Translations under genes and position numbers: made by a program | Notes under the pieces: model-generated | What the model saw: only the letters and a program-made list of their open reading frames with translations | Database searches by the model: none | What the model was told of the DNA's origin: nothing | Assembly: GCF_036321535.1 (NCBI RefSeq) | Contig: NC_087472.1 | Coordinates: forward strand, 99,202,001-99,266,000 | Reading direction: 5' to 3' | Source of the DNA: Camelus dromedarius | Taxonomy: Eukaryota | DNA length: 64,000 nt | Shown: in pieces, positions 14,030 to 25,289 of the stretch | How positions within the stretch are numbered: the stretch's first letter is position 1 | Layout of the letters: every line of letters starts with the position of its first letter

Positions 14030-15190
14030 TTTTTAAAATATTTATTATTCAAATTCTACAACTTCATTATAAATTACGTAGGTAATGCAGACAAGCAAAA
14101 AGAAAACATTTTTTAAAAATCACAGAGTAACATCACCCAGAGAGAATACTGTTATCATTTTGTCACTTTTTCTACACAGGTATATACATGCAAGCACAAG
14201 AGATTGTAACCAGAGTACCTGGAGATTTGTGAGTTGTATCTTCTACTCACAATTTATAAAGAAAGCTTCTAATGTTAATATGTAGCTTTATCATTATTCT
14301 TAATTGTTATGTACTATTCCATTTTAGACACACGTTAATTTATTTCAGCCATCTCTTATTGTTAGATATTTAGATTATTCCCTATTTTTATTTTGCATAA
14401 ACAGCATAAAAAATAAACATTCTTTTTTACCCATCTTTACATGTATATAGAATCATTGCCTTGGGTTACGTGATTAGAAGTGGAATTGTTGAGCTAAATA
14501 ATATATACATGGATGTGATATATATTGCCAAATTTCTCATCAGAATAATTCTATTAGTAACAACCAGCGGTATATGAGGAAGTGACTGCTCTCCCACGTC
14601 TCAGCCAAGACTGTGTCTGCAATCTTTTTATCCTTGCTAGTCTGAGAAAGGATATCACATTACTATTTGAATTTGCATTGATTTTTCACATGTTTTTAAT
14701 GTTTCATATGTCTCTTCATTAGTAAGCTTACTATCACAAACTTAATCCAGTTTTTTAATTGATTTAAAATAGCTCTTTAAATATTAAGGATATTAATCTT
14801 TTCTCTGGCATGAATGTTACAAGTATATTTTTCCAGTTTTACATGTATCTTTACAGTGCTTTTTGCACATAGAAGCTCTAAACCTCTTTATGGTCAGAGA
14901 TTTCAGTCTTTTTCCTTCTGATCTCTCCTACTGAATTAATGCTTAGAAAGTCCTTCCCAACCTAAGACATGTACCTGTGGTTTCTCCAACAATAGTTTTT
15001 ACTTCAAATGTTCAAATATTTAATTCATCTAGACTTAAATAGAACTCCAAATTAATTTTTTCCACATAATTAACCAAATGTGTTAGCATCATTTGTTAAA
15101 TTATTTCTTCTTTCACCACAAATGTGAGATGCTGCTTTTCTCGTTCTAGTATTCCAGTTCCCATATACACAGCGTCTGTTTCTTGACTCT
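14030..15190 (-). mobile_element. Old L1 (L1ME-like) fragment
   Basis: Antisense L1 3' motifs (agaagtggaattgttgag, ttgccaaatt, aatttgcatt, aatattaaggatattaatc). Confidence 0.7.
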
Positions 15191-15767
15191 TACCTTTCTC
15201 CCCTGGGCTGTCTGGTTCGGAGACAAGACCCTTGCTGTTTTCCATGCTGGTCACCCACCAACACCGGGCCTTCCCCCACTGAGCAGTCTCAGCATTGGCT
15301 GCAGTTCCCGCTGGGACCTCCAGCCTTCCCTGAGGTGAGGCAACGAATGGCTTCTCTCCCTGTGAGTTTTGCTCTGCTACATGGCAGCCTCAGACAGGTT
15401 ACCTGGGCCCCAGCAAATCGTATAGTCTAGTGAGCGTTTTTGTTTTTGTTTTGGCCAGTAATCATAGCCCCTTTTCCCTCCTGGCATAGACTTCTTTCAT
15501 TCACTCAACAGAAGGCCACAAGGGTGCCTGGATTAGGACATTGTCAAATAAGGGCCACCGTGTCATCTATATGTAAAACCACTGCTCCTCATCCAAACTT
15601 TAGACCTTGTTGTTGAGCCTGGCTTTCCATGTCTCCCACTGTAGAAGGCGGTGCTCTTACGGTGTCCTGAAGGCCCCAGGGGCCCTGTGTGATCTGGCCC
15701 ACCCTTCCCGCTTCAGTCTCATGTCCTACAACTCCTGCTCTCTCTCTCTCTCTCTCCACACATATAC

Positions 15768-15927
15768 ATAGAGGAAAGGCCATCTACAAGACAGGAAGAG
15801 AACTCTCACCAGAAACCAAATTTTCCAGCACCTTGATCATGGACTTTTGGCTTCCAGAACTGTGAGAAAATAAATGTCTGAGCCATCCAGTCTGTGGTAT
15901 TTGGTTATGGCAGCCCGAGCTAAGACA
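15768..15927 (+). mobile_element. MLT1A/B LTR 3' part inside L2
   Basis: ggccatctacaag...gcaccttgatcatggacttttggcttccagaactgtgagaaaataaatgtc...ttatggcagcccgagctaagaca. Confidence 0.8.
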
Positions 15928-16425
15928 CCATCCCACTCATAGGTTAACCCCAGCGCCCTTCCATGCTGCTAATCTCCCTTACTCATTCTTCCCTAGCCCT
16001 TAAACTCTTCAAAAATTATCTAAAATTTACTTTTTTAGTATTTTAATTATTTATTGTCTGTCTTCTTCCACTAGAATGTAAACTCATGAGTGCAAGGATT
16101 TCTGTTGCTTTCATTCATTGCTGTATCCCTAGCACATAGAACTGTACCTGGAACATCGCCAACTCTCAGTAAATGAATGAATCACAGCAGACTCCTTCCT
16201 TTAAGGTGAATTCTGTCTCAGAAGCCCTAATTCCTACCCCAGTCCATCAGGAAGCATCTTTGTAAGTCCAGCCCACCTGGAGGATACAATTTGAGCCCTT
16301 TGTTCAGGTGGGTCCTCAATTCCCGTGACAATTAGTGCAAGGCAATAGATACTAGAGTTGGAATTGGGGAATCCCTTCCCCAGGGCATATCTGAATTTCA
16401 GGTCCAACTCAGACAGGACTCTTGG

Positions 16426-16905
16426 TGTTTTACTTTGGACTTCCCTCAAAGCAGAGCCTGAAATGAAGATGTGGATGCAGGTGGCTCACTTGGGAGGTGA
16501 TCCTAGGGATCAGGAATGAAGGAGCAGAGAGAGTAAGGCAGAGAAGGAAGGAAGCCAGTGAAGGGTATGTTACTGAACTGATTACTGCCGTGGGCAACTG
16601 GAGCTCACTCCTGCCCATGCCCCACTGGGAAACAGTGTAGAATGTGCCTTGGTTATTCTCCCATCAGACAGGAAGCATTTATGGGTCCACTCGTCCCCCT
16701 TTGTTTCAGAGTAGCATCCAGAGGTGTCAGCTCCCACGCCCCACTCTGCACCATACTCTCAGGCTGCCATATGTATAAGCTGAGCAAGATGTAGCAGGAA
16801 CTTGAGAGAGCCCTTCAACAAGCATAGACAACAGCACCACGGCTAACGCTGAAGTCACAGAGAAGCAGAGAGAGCGGGGTTTGGGGCACAGAAGGTTCAA
16901 CTACA
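16426..16905 (-). mobile_element. ERVL LTR (LTR16/LTR33-like)
   Basis: caaagcagagcctga...tgcaggtggctcacttgggaggtgatcc signature. Confidence 0.7.
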
Positions 16906-17017
16906 TTTCGTTACAATAAATTACATTTTAAGAACCACTTTAGTATCTCAGGGTCAAAATATTTCTATTTCTATACATTCTATTACTAGGTTTTCATTTT
17001 TTATGTATGCAAGTGAC

Positions 17018-17460
17018 CTTTGCTAGAAGGATGTGATGTGCAGTGTGGCGCACTGGACCCGTAAACTGAAAAGAACACAACTACCCATGGACAGAAAGCT
17101 AGCTTGCAGTTCTCAGCCCACCTTTACTGGCATCAGCAGTGTTGCTCGTTGAATTGTAAGACTTCGCCTTCATCCACAGTAGCTCTTTTGCCAAGTAATC
17201 GTTCATATATAAGTAAAGATACCATTACCCACGGTCACTGCTCCTCCCAGGGTAAGGTACTTGTGGAATTTCAGCACAAATTGCCGTCTGTCATACAGAC
17301 CCTCCTGAAAGCGTCCTCGGAATTCCCACCCATCGAAGTCACTATTTCCCACAGATATCCAAGCCCAGTCACCCTAGACGCCTGCCTGCCTGACTTTCTC
17401 TCAGCACTAAGTATGGGGATAAGAAGGCATCCATTCTTCTCTCCTCTGGGGTCCTCTTCC
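17018..17460 (-). pseudogene. Fossil exon of extension
   Basis: ctctctgtag acceptor; about 147 codons with 4 stops in one frame, mirrored by a 140-aa antisense ORF, as is often seen opposite coding sequence. Confidence 0.45.
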
Positions 17461-17793
17461 CTACAGAGAGTGTACGTGCCAGATCAAGGGCCTGTCCAGA
17501 CAGGAGAAGCAGAGTGTCCTCAGTAGTCATTAAGGTTTAGTAAGAATTTGATTTTATTAAGTCCATACCTTAAATACATGTCATCATTTTAAAAGTGAAG
17601 CATGTATCGATTACATTAGAATCTCAATCAGATCAAAACAATTAACTGACCGTATAAAACACAATTCAAGATAAGTATTCTAAAACCTTTCAAAAATAAA
17701 AGCAGGGATTTGGGGAGACTTTTCCATTTTAGAGACTCTGATTAGGAACATCACTTCCCAAAGCACAGCTGGAACTAAGCCAAGGGGACCTAC

Positions 17794-17906
17794 GTCTCAC
17801 ACTGGGAGTCTGTTTTTTTCTCTAAGCAGGCTCCAATTTACACCCGAGCAGAGCGGGCACGTCTTTGCCATAGCAAGCGGTGAGAGGCAATAGGAATTTC
17901 CCATCC
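17794..17906 (-). pseudogene. Possible fossil exon of extension
   Basis: tctttgtgtctag acceptor, C|gtaggt donor; DGKFLLPLTACYGKDVPALLGCKLEPA*. Confidence 0.4.
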
Positions 17907-18038
17907 CTAGACACAAAGACTAAGTACACAGTAGCTAAGGCCTGAAATTCTGCTATTCAAGGTTTATTCTTTTGGCATTAGGCTTTGTTCTTTAAAATTC
18001 AAATATCTTATGAGTTACTTACTACTTGGTGACCTTAG

Positions 18039-18492
18039 TGACAGAGGCAGGTCTTGCCAACTGGCTACCTAATATCCATTCATCCTCCTCCTTTTCTGGT
18101 TACAGAACTCCAATCTGGGAGTCGGGATAGCAGTGTGTCCAGATTCCATTTCAGCTAGGGATGGTTATGCCACCCAGCTCTGCCTTCTGAGATATAAGTG
18201 GCAACCATGGAAAGGGGCTACCTGAAAAGCTTACTAAAAAAGACAGACTTTTAAAAACAATGGTCCTTTTCCATTCTTTCTTCATGAAAGATGGACACAA
18301 TGTGTGGAGGCACAGCAGCCACATTGCAGACCTAAGGACAAGAGCTACATGTCACAAATGGGAGAGCCTACTTTGTTGGTGGCATGACAGAGCCACTGTA
18401 CTGGTGCCATAGTCGACCTACCCTGTCCCAGACAAGAGGCGCCCTAATGGGTTAAAGCTCTAGAGACACATTTCTATCTCTAATGGATGCAA
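18039..18492 (+). mobile_element. Old MaLR LTR (MLT1J/K-like)
   Basis: ctacctaatatccattc...acagaactccaat...ggaggcacagcagccacattgcagacc. Confidence 0.55.
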
Positions 18493-18679
18493 CATTACAA
18501 AGGTCTGGGGAATCATCCAGGGAGTGAGTTTTGAAACAAGCAAGAAGGCACAGAGAGGTTAGAGGCTTTAAGAACTGTACAGAAAAAAAGGTGTCCCTGA
18601 AGGAGAAAACTGGGGAAGTGGGAGATATGGGGCCCTGATGATCAGCTTATCATGAACAACTTTACTTAGGTTTTACCCT

Positions 18680-18973
18680 ACATTCTAAACTGATTAAATG
18701 GAGAAACAATTCCATGACCTTCTGTACATGGGAAAAAAGAAAGCATTTCTTTAATAGCATCTTTATGGAACAATAACTTGAATGCTCAACATGCTTAATG
18801 CTTAAGGATGATTTTTCTGGGACAAATCTAGGTGAATCACAATTCTAGTCAAGAGGTTTTTCATAAGCAACATAGAAGGCCAAAGATTGCCCTGAATGAT
18901 GGCTCCATAGGAGCTGGTTGCGGGCTATGAACTCACTGATTAAAATGGATGTTGAATTGCTGGTTTTGTTCTC
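18680..18973 (-). pseudogene. Fossil exon of extension
   Basis: Acceptor ctacatttcag; ENKTSNSTSILISEFIARNQLLWSHHSGQSLAFYVAYEKPLD* (amphipathic beta-strand pattern). 3' boundary uncertain. Confidence 0.5.
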
Positions 18974-19387
18974 CTGAAATGTAGTTGTTATTGGCTGGAC
19001 ATTGACATTGCATAAGTTGGAACAAACATTACCTACGACCACTTGAATTTTTTACCAAGAGCTTGATTAAGAGCTGAGATGTCAAATCACTCTAAAGAGA
19101 AAAAATGGTCCAATTTTAACCTTTAATCTAAAATCTTCATGCAAACCTTGATCTCTTCGATGAGGATTTCACTCATGAAATCAAATACAAGCCAAGATTT
19201 AAACTGGTGGAGTTTCCTTTAACTTGGAATTATCTGTACTATTTACCACCTCTCTTTTAGGAAAATGTGGCCATAAGTTGTAGGTACATTTTGTGACATC
19301 AGATTAGTGGGTGGGAATCAAGTAAGTCACTGTTTTTAGCTTAACCCCACAAAGAAGAATGTCCCATTCTACAGCACTGGGGCGGAG

Positions 19388-19725
19388 CAGTGCTTCCAGT
19401 CGTACTGGAATGTGCAGTACAACTCATCCAGGGATCTTGTTAAAATACAGGCTCTGATTCAGTAGGTCTAGGGTGAAGCCTGAGACCCTGCATTTCTAAC
19501 AGGCTCCTCGGTGATGATGATGATGATGATGATGGTCCATGAACCACACTTTGAGAAGCCAGCAACTAGAGCATGGGCTCACCTGGCTGCTCATCAGGAT
19601 CATTTAGGGATCTTGTTTTTAAAAAAGAAGTCTTGGGCCACATCCCAGCACTACAGAATCAGAATCTCCGGGAATGAGGTGCAGGAGTTTGTATTATTAA
19701 CCATCTCCCCGGGTGATTCCTATTC
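19388..19725. mobile_element. Two adjacent MER5-type MITEs containing a (GAT)n tract
   Basis: cttgttaaaatacaggctctgattcagtaggtc... and agaatcagaatctccggg... signatures. Confidence 0.8.
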
Positions 19726-19740
19726 AGCCGTAAGCTGCAC

Positions 19741-19861
19741 CTGGTCTGCAATGAGGAGAGCAGCAGGTCTCAAAGAGTCGCTGTGCGCCCCTAAATCAGA
19801 ATCGCCTGAGGAGATTGACGGCTGTGCGGAAACCTCTCTGCAGATAGCTCCCTTCTGCTGC
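19741..19861 (-). pseudogene. Fossil exon of extension
   Basis: Follows an 85-nt intron with a long polypyrimidine tract ending cctag; phase-compatible and fully open: QQKGAICREVSAQPSISSGDSDLGAHSDSLRPAALLIADQ; donor CAG|gtgcag. Confidence 0.6.
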
Positions 19862-19946
19862 CTAGGAAGGAGGCAAAGGGTGGAGGGGGAAGAAAAAAAT
19901 CAGGAGAGATTATAAAAAGAGAGATTGACGTCACTTCAACTCCCAC

Positions 19947-20093
19947 CTGGCAGGAGTGAAGAGGGCCAATTCTCCTCGAAGTGACAGCATGCAACGTGCC
20001 TCCTGCTGCCTGACCACCTGCACCTCCTTCCTTCTCTTCCTCTCCCTGGCAAGTGCAGCAGCCAAGGCTGCCCCTCAGGGGCCACTGGGGGGC
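19947..20093 (-). pseudogene. Fossil exon of extension
   Basis: Acceptor ctctctccctcctctctaaccag, donor AG|gtggga; 147 nt with a single TGA: PSGP*GAALAAALARERKRRKEVQVVRQQEARCMLSLRGELALFTPA. Confidence 0.6.
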
Positions 20094-21535
20094 CTGGTTA
20101 GAGAGGAGGGAGAGAGGGGAGGAGGAAAGAAAGGGGGGCTAGTTAGAAAAATAAGGCAAAGGTATAGGAGTTCAAAGCAGCCTTAGGCTTCTGTTCATAC
20201 TGCAGTTCAATCTAATGTAAATAAATAATACCTATTTCAATGCCTGTACTTGCTGAAATGATAACAGTATATTATTTGACCAAAAGAGTGCCTTCCAATT
20301 GCATAAAGTTGCGTCTATCTGCAGAAAAAGGCCTGGGAGATCGTGAACCATATTAACCTCCAAGTGGTGGAATTGAAGGTTTTCCTTCAGTATACTAATC
20401 TGTATCATTTGAATGTTTTACACTAAGCATGGATTATTTTTATAATGAGAAATAAATGATAAAGCCATTTTCATTTGGGGGAACAAAAACAAGGGGTCAC
20501 AGTGCTAACATACTATACAAAATAGATTGAGGAGTAGGATACAGGCCCTTCAAAAAGCTCACAAACTCAGCCATCAGAATCACGGATGCTTTCTGAGTTG
20601 CAGAGAGATATGCAGCTAGGTGGCCCCACAACAGATGTCTGGGCTGGACCCTCTCCTGCAGGCAGTGTCCCATAAATCCAAGATGGAATCCAAATGTATG
20701 TTATTGAGTGCAGATCTGAATAGGAGCTTATTGTATTAAAGGGGTGAAATTTATCAAGGTTAATTAGTATAAGTAAAGTAGCCATGGAGGGAAATGTATA
20801 GGTCAAGGGATCTAGAAAGAGCAACTGCAATGCTACAGAAAGATGACATTCTTGTGGCTGTGACAATGAGATGAGCCAAGAGCTCAGCTAGAGGTGAAGC
20901 AAGTAAACCTGAGAACTCATCAAAGATGGAACTATCCCAGGTTGCCCTAAGACTTACTCCCTACGGTACTGACATAATAGAATTGCCACATGCAAATGAA
21001 TTAAATAGCAACTAGGCATGGAACAATGATCTCAGTAGAAGTTTTGGAAGGCTTTGTACATCAGACAAAAAAAAATGAGCTCACAAGGGGAAGAATCTGG
21101 GTTAAACAGGATTTGCCTATTTGGAAATTTCTTGCGTACTGCAGACCTGTGGTATCTGCCACTGACTTCAACTCTGGTTGTGGAAAATTATAAACTAAAT
21201 ATTTATGTGTCCATGTTGCCTCAGTCTCCTGCTTAAATCATGGGGAGAAAAAGAAAAACAGATAAAACAGCCTGGACAGAGGGGAAAAGGTCAACAAATT
21301 AAATTGCTCCCAGGATTTTGAAAGCTGGGTCAGCAAAATTCCCTGAAACTCCAAATTTCTGATCTTCTACTTCTGTCATCCACAACCTAGAGATTTTTCT
21401 CTTTTAATTTCCTCTATCCAGTGCTTTCTATTAGCTCAAGCTTCAGGAGGGAGGACTAGTTCGTTAAAAGATAAATATGAACCTAAATATGAAAATAAAT
21501 ACAAACGTTTAAGCCATTATAAGGCACCTTCTCAC

Positions 21536-21688
21536 AGTGATAGATAAGCCAAAAAAGGGAAGAGGTTCCACTTTGAGGATGCATGAATCACTTTTGCCTT
21601 GGACAATCTCGGGCACCTTCATCATCACAATCTCAGCCTGACTTCATCGTCACACTTTCATTGAGTTAGTTTCCAGGCACTGTGCTAT
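21536..21688 (-). pseudogene. Possible fossil exon of extension
   Basis: Polypyrimidine tract plus cag acceptor and T|gtgaga donor; frame disrupted. Confidence 0.35.
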
Positions 21689-22194
21689 CTGCTAAGTCTC
21701 AAGAAGATAAAAGAGAAATGTTTCTGGAAGATGGGAATGGAATGAGGAAAGGGGGAGGGAGGAGGGAGAGGGACATGGAAACGATAATTATACAGTGTCA
21801 CGACAAGCAAGCCCTGTGGCCAGCTCTGGGTCGTATCCTGTCTTCTCCTGATATTTCCATGGCTTTCACCTGGATATTGCAGCCAGTAGAGAGTTGCAAG
21901 GTCAGTTATCATGCCTAAGGCTAATTTTACTGCTAGAAAAAGGTAGGATTTAGGACCTCTGCAGTGACTTTGAAAATATCTGTGATACAGCATCAATGGC
22001 TGAAATCAAAAGAAGTACCTCAAGGGGAGAAATGAGTGATCAAAAATAGGAGATGAGAAATAGTCCCCGACTTGTTTGTCACCAATGTTAATTACACATG
22101 AGTGCTTTTACAGTTTGAAAGGATGCCGCATTCAGGAAGGTTTGACTGGTGCTGATCATTTCTGTGTCTCTCGGGGTCTCAGATCTAAAACACC

Positions 22195-22409
22195 TGAACA
22201 CATCCCCTGAGGAAGCCGCTAGTTCAGCTCTAACTCTCCAGGCTACATCAACCTAAAACATCCCTAGAGACAGAAATGGTTCTTGAGCACAACTCTGATC
22301 CTTCTTCCTCTTTTTCAGACCCATCAGAGGAGATCTCCAAGAACATGCATGAAGAAATTTGCCAGTTGGCCATTATCTGCCTGCAGCGGGTCCAGAGTTC
22401 TACCAGATC
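22195..22409 (-). pseudogene. Possible fossil exon of C-terminal extension
   Basis: Non-repeat sequence with an open stretch (SCMFLEISSDGSEKEEEGSELCSR); splice sites weak. Confidence 0.3.
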
Positions 22410-22522
22410 CTTCCAAAGTGAGGTACATTTAGCATTCATGCTTGTGGAAAATGCTGGGTCTTAAATGCAACCTCCATTAACGCATTAATCATGGCTGAAA
22501 GGTCTGACGTCAGGACACTTAG

Positions 22523-22589
22523 AGCTTTGTGCAGTGGCAACATCGTAGCCAATAAGCTTTATTGGAGGGGCGATTATTGCTAATTGAAA
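22523..22589 (+). pseudogene. RNU4: U4 snRNA retrocopy, 3'-truncated (first ~67 nt)
   Basis: agctttgtgcagtggcaacatcgtagccaataagctttattggaggggcgattattgctaattgaaa matches the U4 5' end (AGCUUUGCGCAGUGGCAGUAUCGUAGCCAAUGAGGUUUAUCCGAGGCGCGAUUAUUGCUAAUUGAAA) with substitutions; the 3' Sm-site half is missing. Confidence 0.92.
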
Positions 22590-22602
22590 GAGATACTGAG
22601 AT

Positions 22603-22770
22603 CCTGGCTCCTCAAAATATTGTTCCTGGACCAACAGCAGCAGCAGTACCTAGGGGCTTATTGGAAATGCAGAATCTCAGGCCCCACCCTAGACCTACAG
22701 AATCGGAATCTTCATTTTAACAAGACCCCCAGGTGATCTGTGAGGGTTTCCAAGTTTGAGAAGTCATGCT
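22603..22770. mobile_element. MER5A MITE
   Basis: gaaatgcagaatctcaggccccaccctagacctacagaatcggaatct. Confidence 0.85.
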
Positions 22771-23029
22771 TGCGAGCCTCTTGAGGAGGTCATTTTCATG
22801 AGGTTCTATTCTTACTAGGAAACTGCTTGAGAAGTAAAAGGCTCAGTAGGGCTACAAACACTAACCTAGAAAATGCGTAGTTTTTAGTGAATATTGAAAA
22901 CAAGCCAGCAAAAGACAATGTATAAAAGCCAATAGACCCTGTACCTAGGTCAAAGGGTAGATGCTACAGGAGAGTGACTCTGATTATGAAGATGGGTACT
23001 TCCATACTTCCAACCACTGAATACTACTT

Positions 23030-23178
23030 AATCCTTTCAGTCTTTCACAAAAATGCCACATGGCTCTTTTGGCAGAATTAGCTCCCAGATTTGCAGTGGG
23101 AATTAGATGAGAACATCTTCTCCTTCCTTTTCTTCGAGATGTGGGGATGGGGCCTAGATCAGGCAACAGGGAGCACTT
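23030..23178 (-). pseudogene. Fossil exon matching the MTTP C-terminal segment
   Basis: Acceptor ttttgcttactcttggcctcag. Reads HISKKRKEKMFS/(shift)*FPLQ...EPCGIF vs MTTP [30 protein letters not shown]. Confidence 0.7.
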
Positions 23179-23709
23179 CTGAGGCCAAGAGTAAGCAAAA
23201 CAAACTGCGAAAGGGGTGCTAAGATCCAAATGCCAGAGGAAACACAAGGCACAAAACTGCAAGAGGGGAGAGGAGAGTGATGCCTTGCCAGGTACCTGGG
23301 ACCAGAGAAGCAAGAGGTGGTGGGGACTTGATAAAGAACTAAGGGTGGGGGTAGGAAATTGTCTTGGGGTGGGGTGGGTGGCTGCTCCAGATTAAAGCCA
23401 CTATTTTTTGTATCAGCCAGTGTCAGGTGGGTGGACCCAGCTAAAGAACCAGGGGAAAATCAGATAGATTCAACATGGGAGTGAAATGATGAAAGGGGTT
23501 GAAAGAAGTATGGAGCTAAATTAGTCCAACATCTCTGGACAGTTCAGCGAAATTTGCAAGGATAGAGGGATGTGATCTTGAAGAGCTAAGCCAGGGTGGG
23601 ATGTTAACACACACAATCAGACCTTATAGTGTAATGGTTATTTTGTTGCCAGCAACCCATCTCTGTTCCTGCCTTTCTTTCCTTCTTCCTGTTCCCTCCT
23701 CCAACCCAC

Positions 23710-23890
23710 ATTCAAACCCCTGGTTTAATATGTGTCCAACCAACTCCTTTAAGCCTGTGAATGTCAATCCTTCTTCAAGAAAGCTGAATTTTGTATACGC
23801 TTTAAAATCAAAGCATTTTCCAGACTCACAATGATGTCCCCTGAAACCCCTCAAATCCATGTCAAGAGACACTTGCCCCAAGGCTAGATT
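23710..23890 (-). pseudogene. Fossil exon, lipid-binding sheet (fully open)
   Basis: Acceptor ctcttccttatcccttcag, donor T|gtgggt; 60 open codons. Reads LALGQVSLDMDL...YTKFSFLEEGLTFT vs MTTP LAIDISGAMEF...TVDSSFVKAGLETS. Confidence 0.7.
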
Positions 23891-24036
23891 CTGAAGGGAT
23901 AAGGAAGAGGAACTCCATAACTGGATGGCAGGGGAACTAAAAGAGATGGATGACTCAAAATTTCAACCCTGAGTTCCTGAATGATTGATAAGGCCATTAT
24001 ATAGGCTGGGGGCAAGAGAAATCATGGATTTTTTAC

Positions 24037-24244
24037 TGAATGAAGGGTTGTTATTTTAACAAAATCCTTGAACAACATTGTAACTTATTTTAGGTCTAAT
24101 CCCAGATTTCTCCTTCATAGTTTTTAGTCTTTTCTTGTTAGAATATTTATAAATTTTCCCAGATAATTATCATAACTCCTTTCGCTCTCCTTGAATTTCA
24201 TGGCACTCAAATGCCCACCAATTACCCGCAGTTGGTTCAAATAC
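24037..24244 (-). pseudogene. Fossil exon, lipid-binding sheet
   Basis: Reads LRVIGGHLSAMKFKESERSYDNYLGKFIN...MLFKDFVKITTLHS vs MTTP [26 protein letters not shown]...ILLIDHSQELQLQSG. Confidence 0.7.
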
Positions 24245-24430
24245 CTTGAACTCCAAGAAAATAGAATTGGCGAGAAACAAAGTTCCCAGTATTTGAGAGA
24301 AGAGCACAAATGATTTTTAACAATGGTAATTAGAATTCGGTTTTCCTCATGGATCATGTAGTTTAACCAATTACATTGAACTATTAATTTGAGGTGGGGG
24401 GAAAAGGAAGAAACACTACTCTCTCATTAC

Positions 24431-24669
24431 TTTCCTAATATCTGCCATCTTTATAAGATTTTGTTTGGCACGCATGGATGGTCCTGGTGGCAGTGCAGAA
24501 CTGAACTCTGCAGCGTATGCTGCCCAAATGATACAGTTCCCCTTTCAGGTGTGCCCTCTACGTTACTTGTCAAATTAGACATGTTAGTGATATCCATAAT
24601 TACATGTTGCAGGCAGCCGAGCTGCAGTGTGGAGTGTACCTAGATGCTAATCAGGCTTCAGGAAAATCC
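24431..24669 (-). pseudogene. Fossil exon, C-sheet (one frameshift)
   Basis: The phase-1 join gives GIFLKPD*HLGTLHTAARLPAT/(shift)VIMDITNMSNL...TPERG vs MTTP [34 protein letters not shown]...TPDEG. Phase-2 end fits the next exon. Confidence 0.75.
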
Positions 24670-25289
24670 CTGTAAACAATGCATTCAAACCTCCTCTAAC
24701 CTCTGGCTTGGAGGCTAGGCATAGGTTCTTTCATAATGTAAACATAATTTCTAATTGTCCCTGATAATATAGAGTGCTTCTTAAAAGAAAAAATAGCAGA
24801 AAACAAATTCCCAGGTGGCCTGGAGAACCCTTTTCCAGTTTTACCCAATTTATTTTGTGTTAATGGTATCTTCGCAGGCCACACAAAGCATGGGGGCGGG
24901 ATGAGAGGTGGGGACAAAGCTTAAGACCTAGGTTACAGTCAAAGATTCCTGTGCCTCAACTTCCCATCCAGCCTTTCTAAGACTTTGCTCCACCCATGCC
25001 CCTTCCCCAACCCCAACCACTTCCATTTGTATTGCCATCATAGTGTCCCCCCTTGTGCTTTTAATCTGTACACATTTATTGAACACCTATTGTGTTCCTG
25101 GACCAAACTGCAAAGACAAATAATTCCTCAGAGTGGTCACGGGAGAATGAAGAACACTGATACATGAAGAAACGATTCTCAAACCTGGGGCAACTGCAAT
25201 GATGGTGATAAAGCCTGTGCATTATAGAAGTACTGAGGAGGAAACCCAAACCAGCCTGGGGGGTGTGTGTGTGTCCACGTACGTACGTG

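Noticed and set aside
15193..15480. Exon candidate with strong AAG|gtaaga donor
   Set aside because: No convincing reading frame or family similarity, and it abuts L1 sequence; left unassigned.
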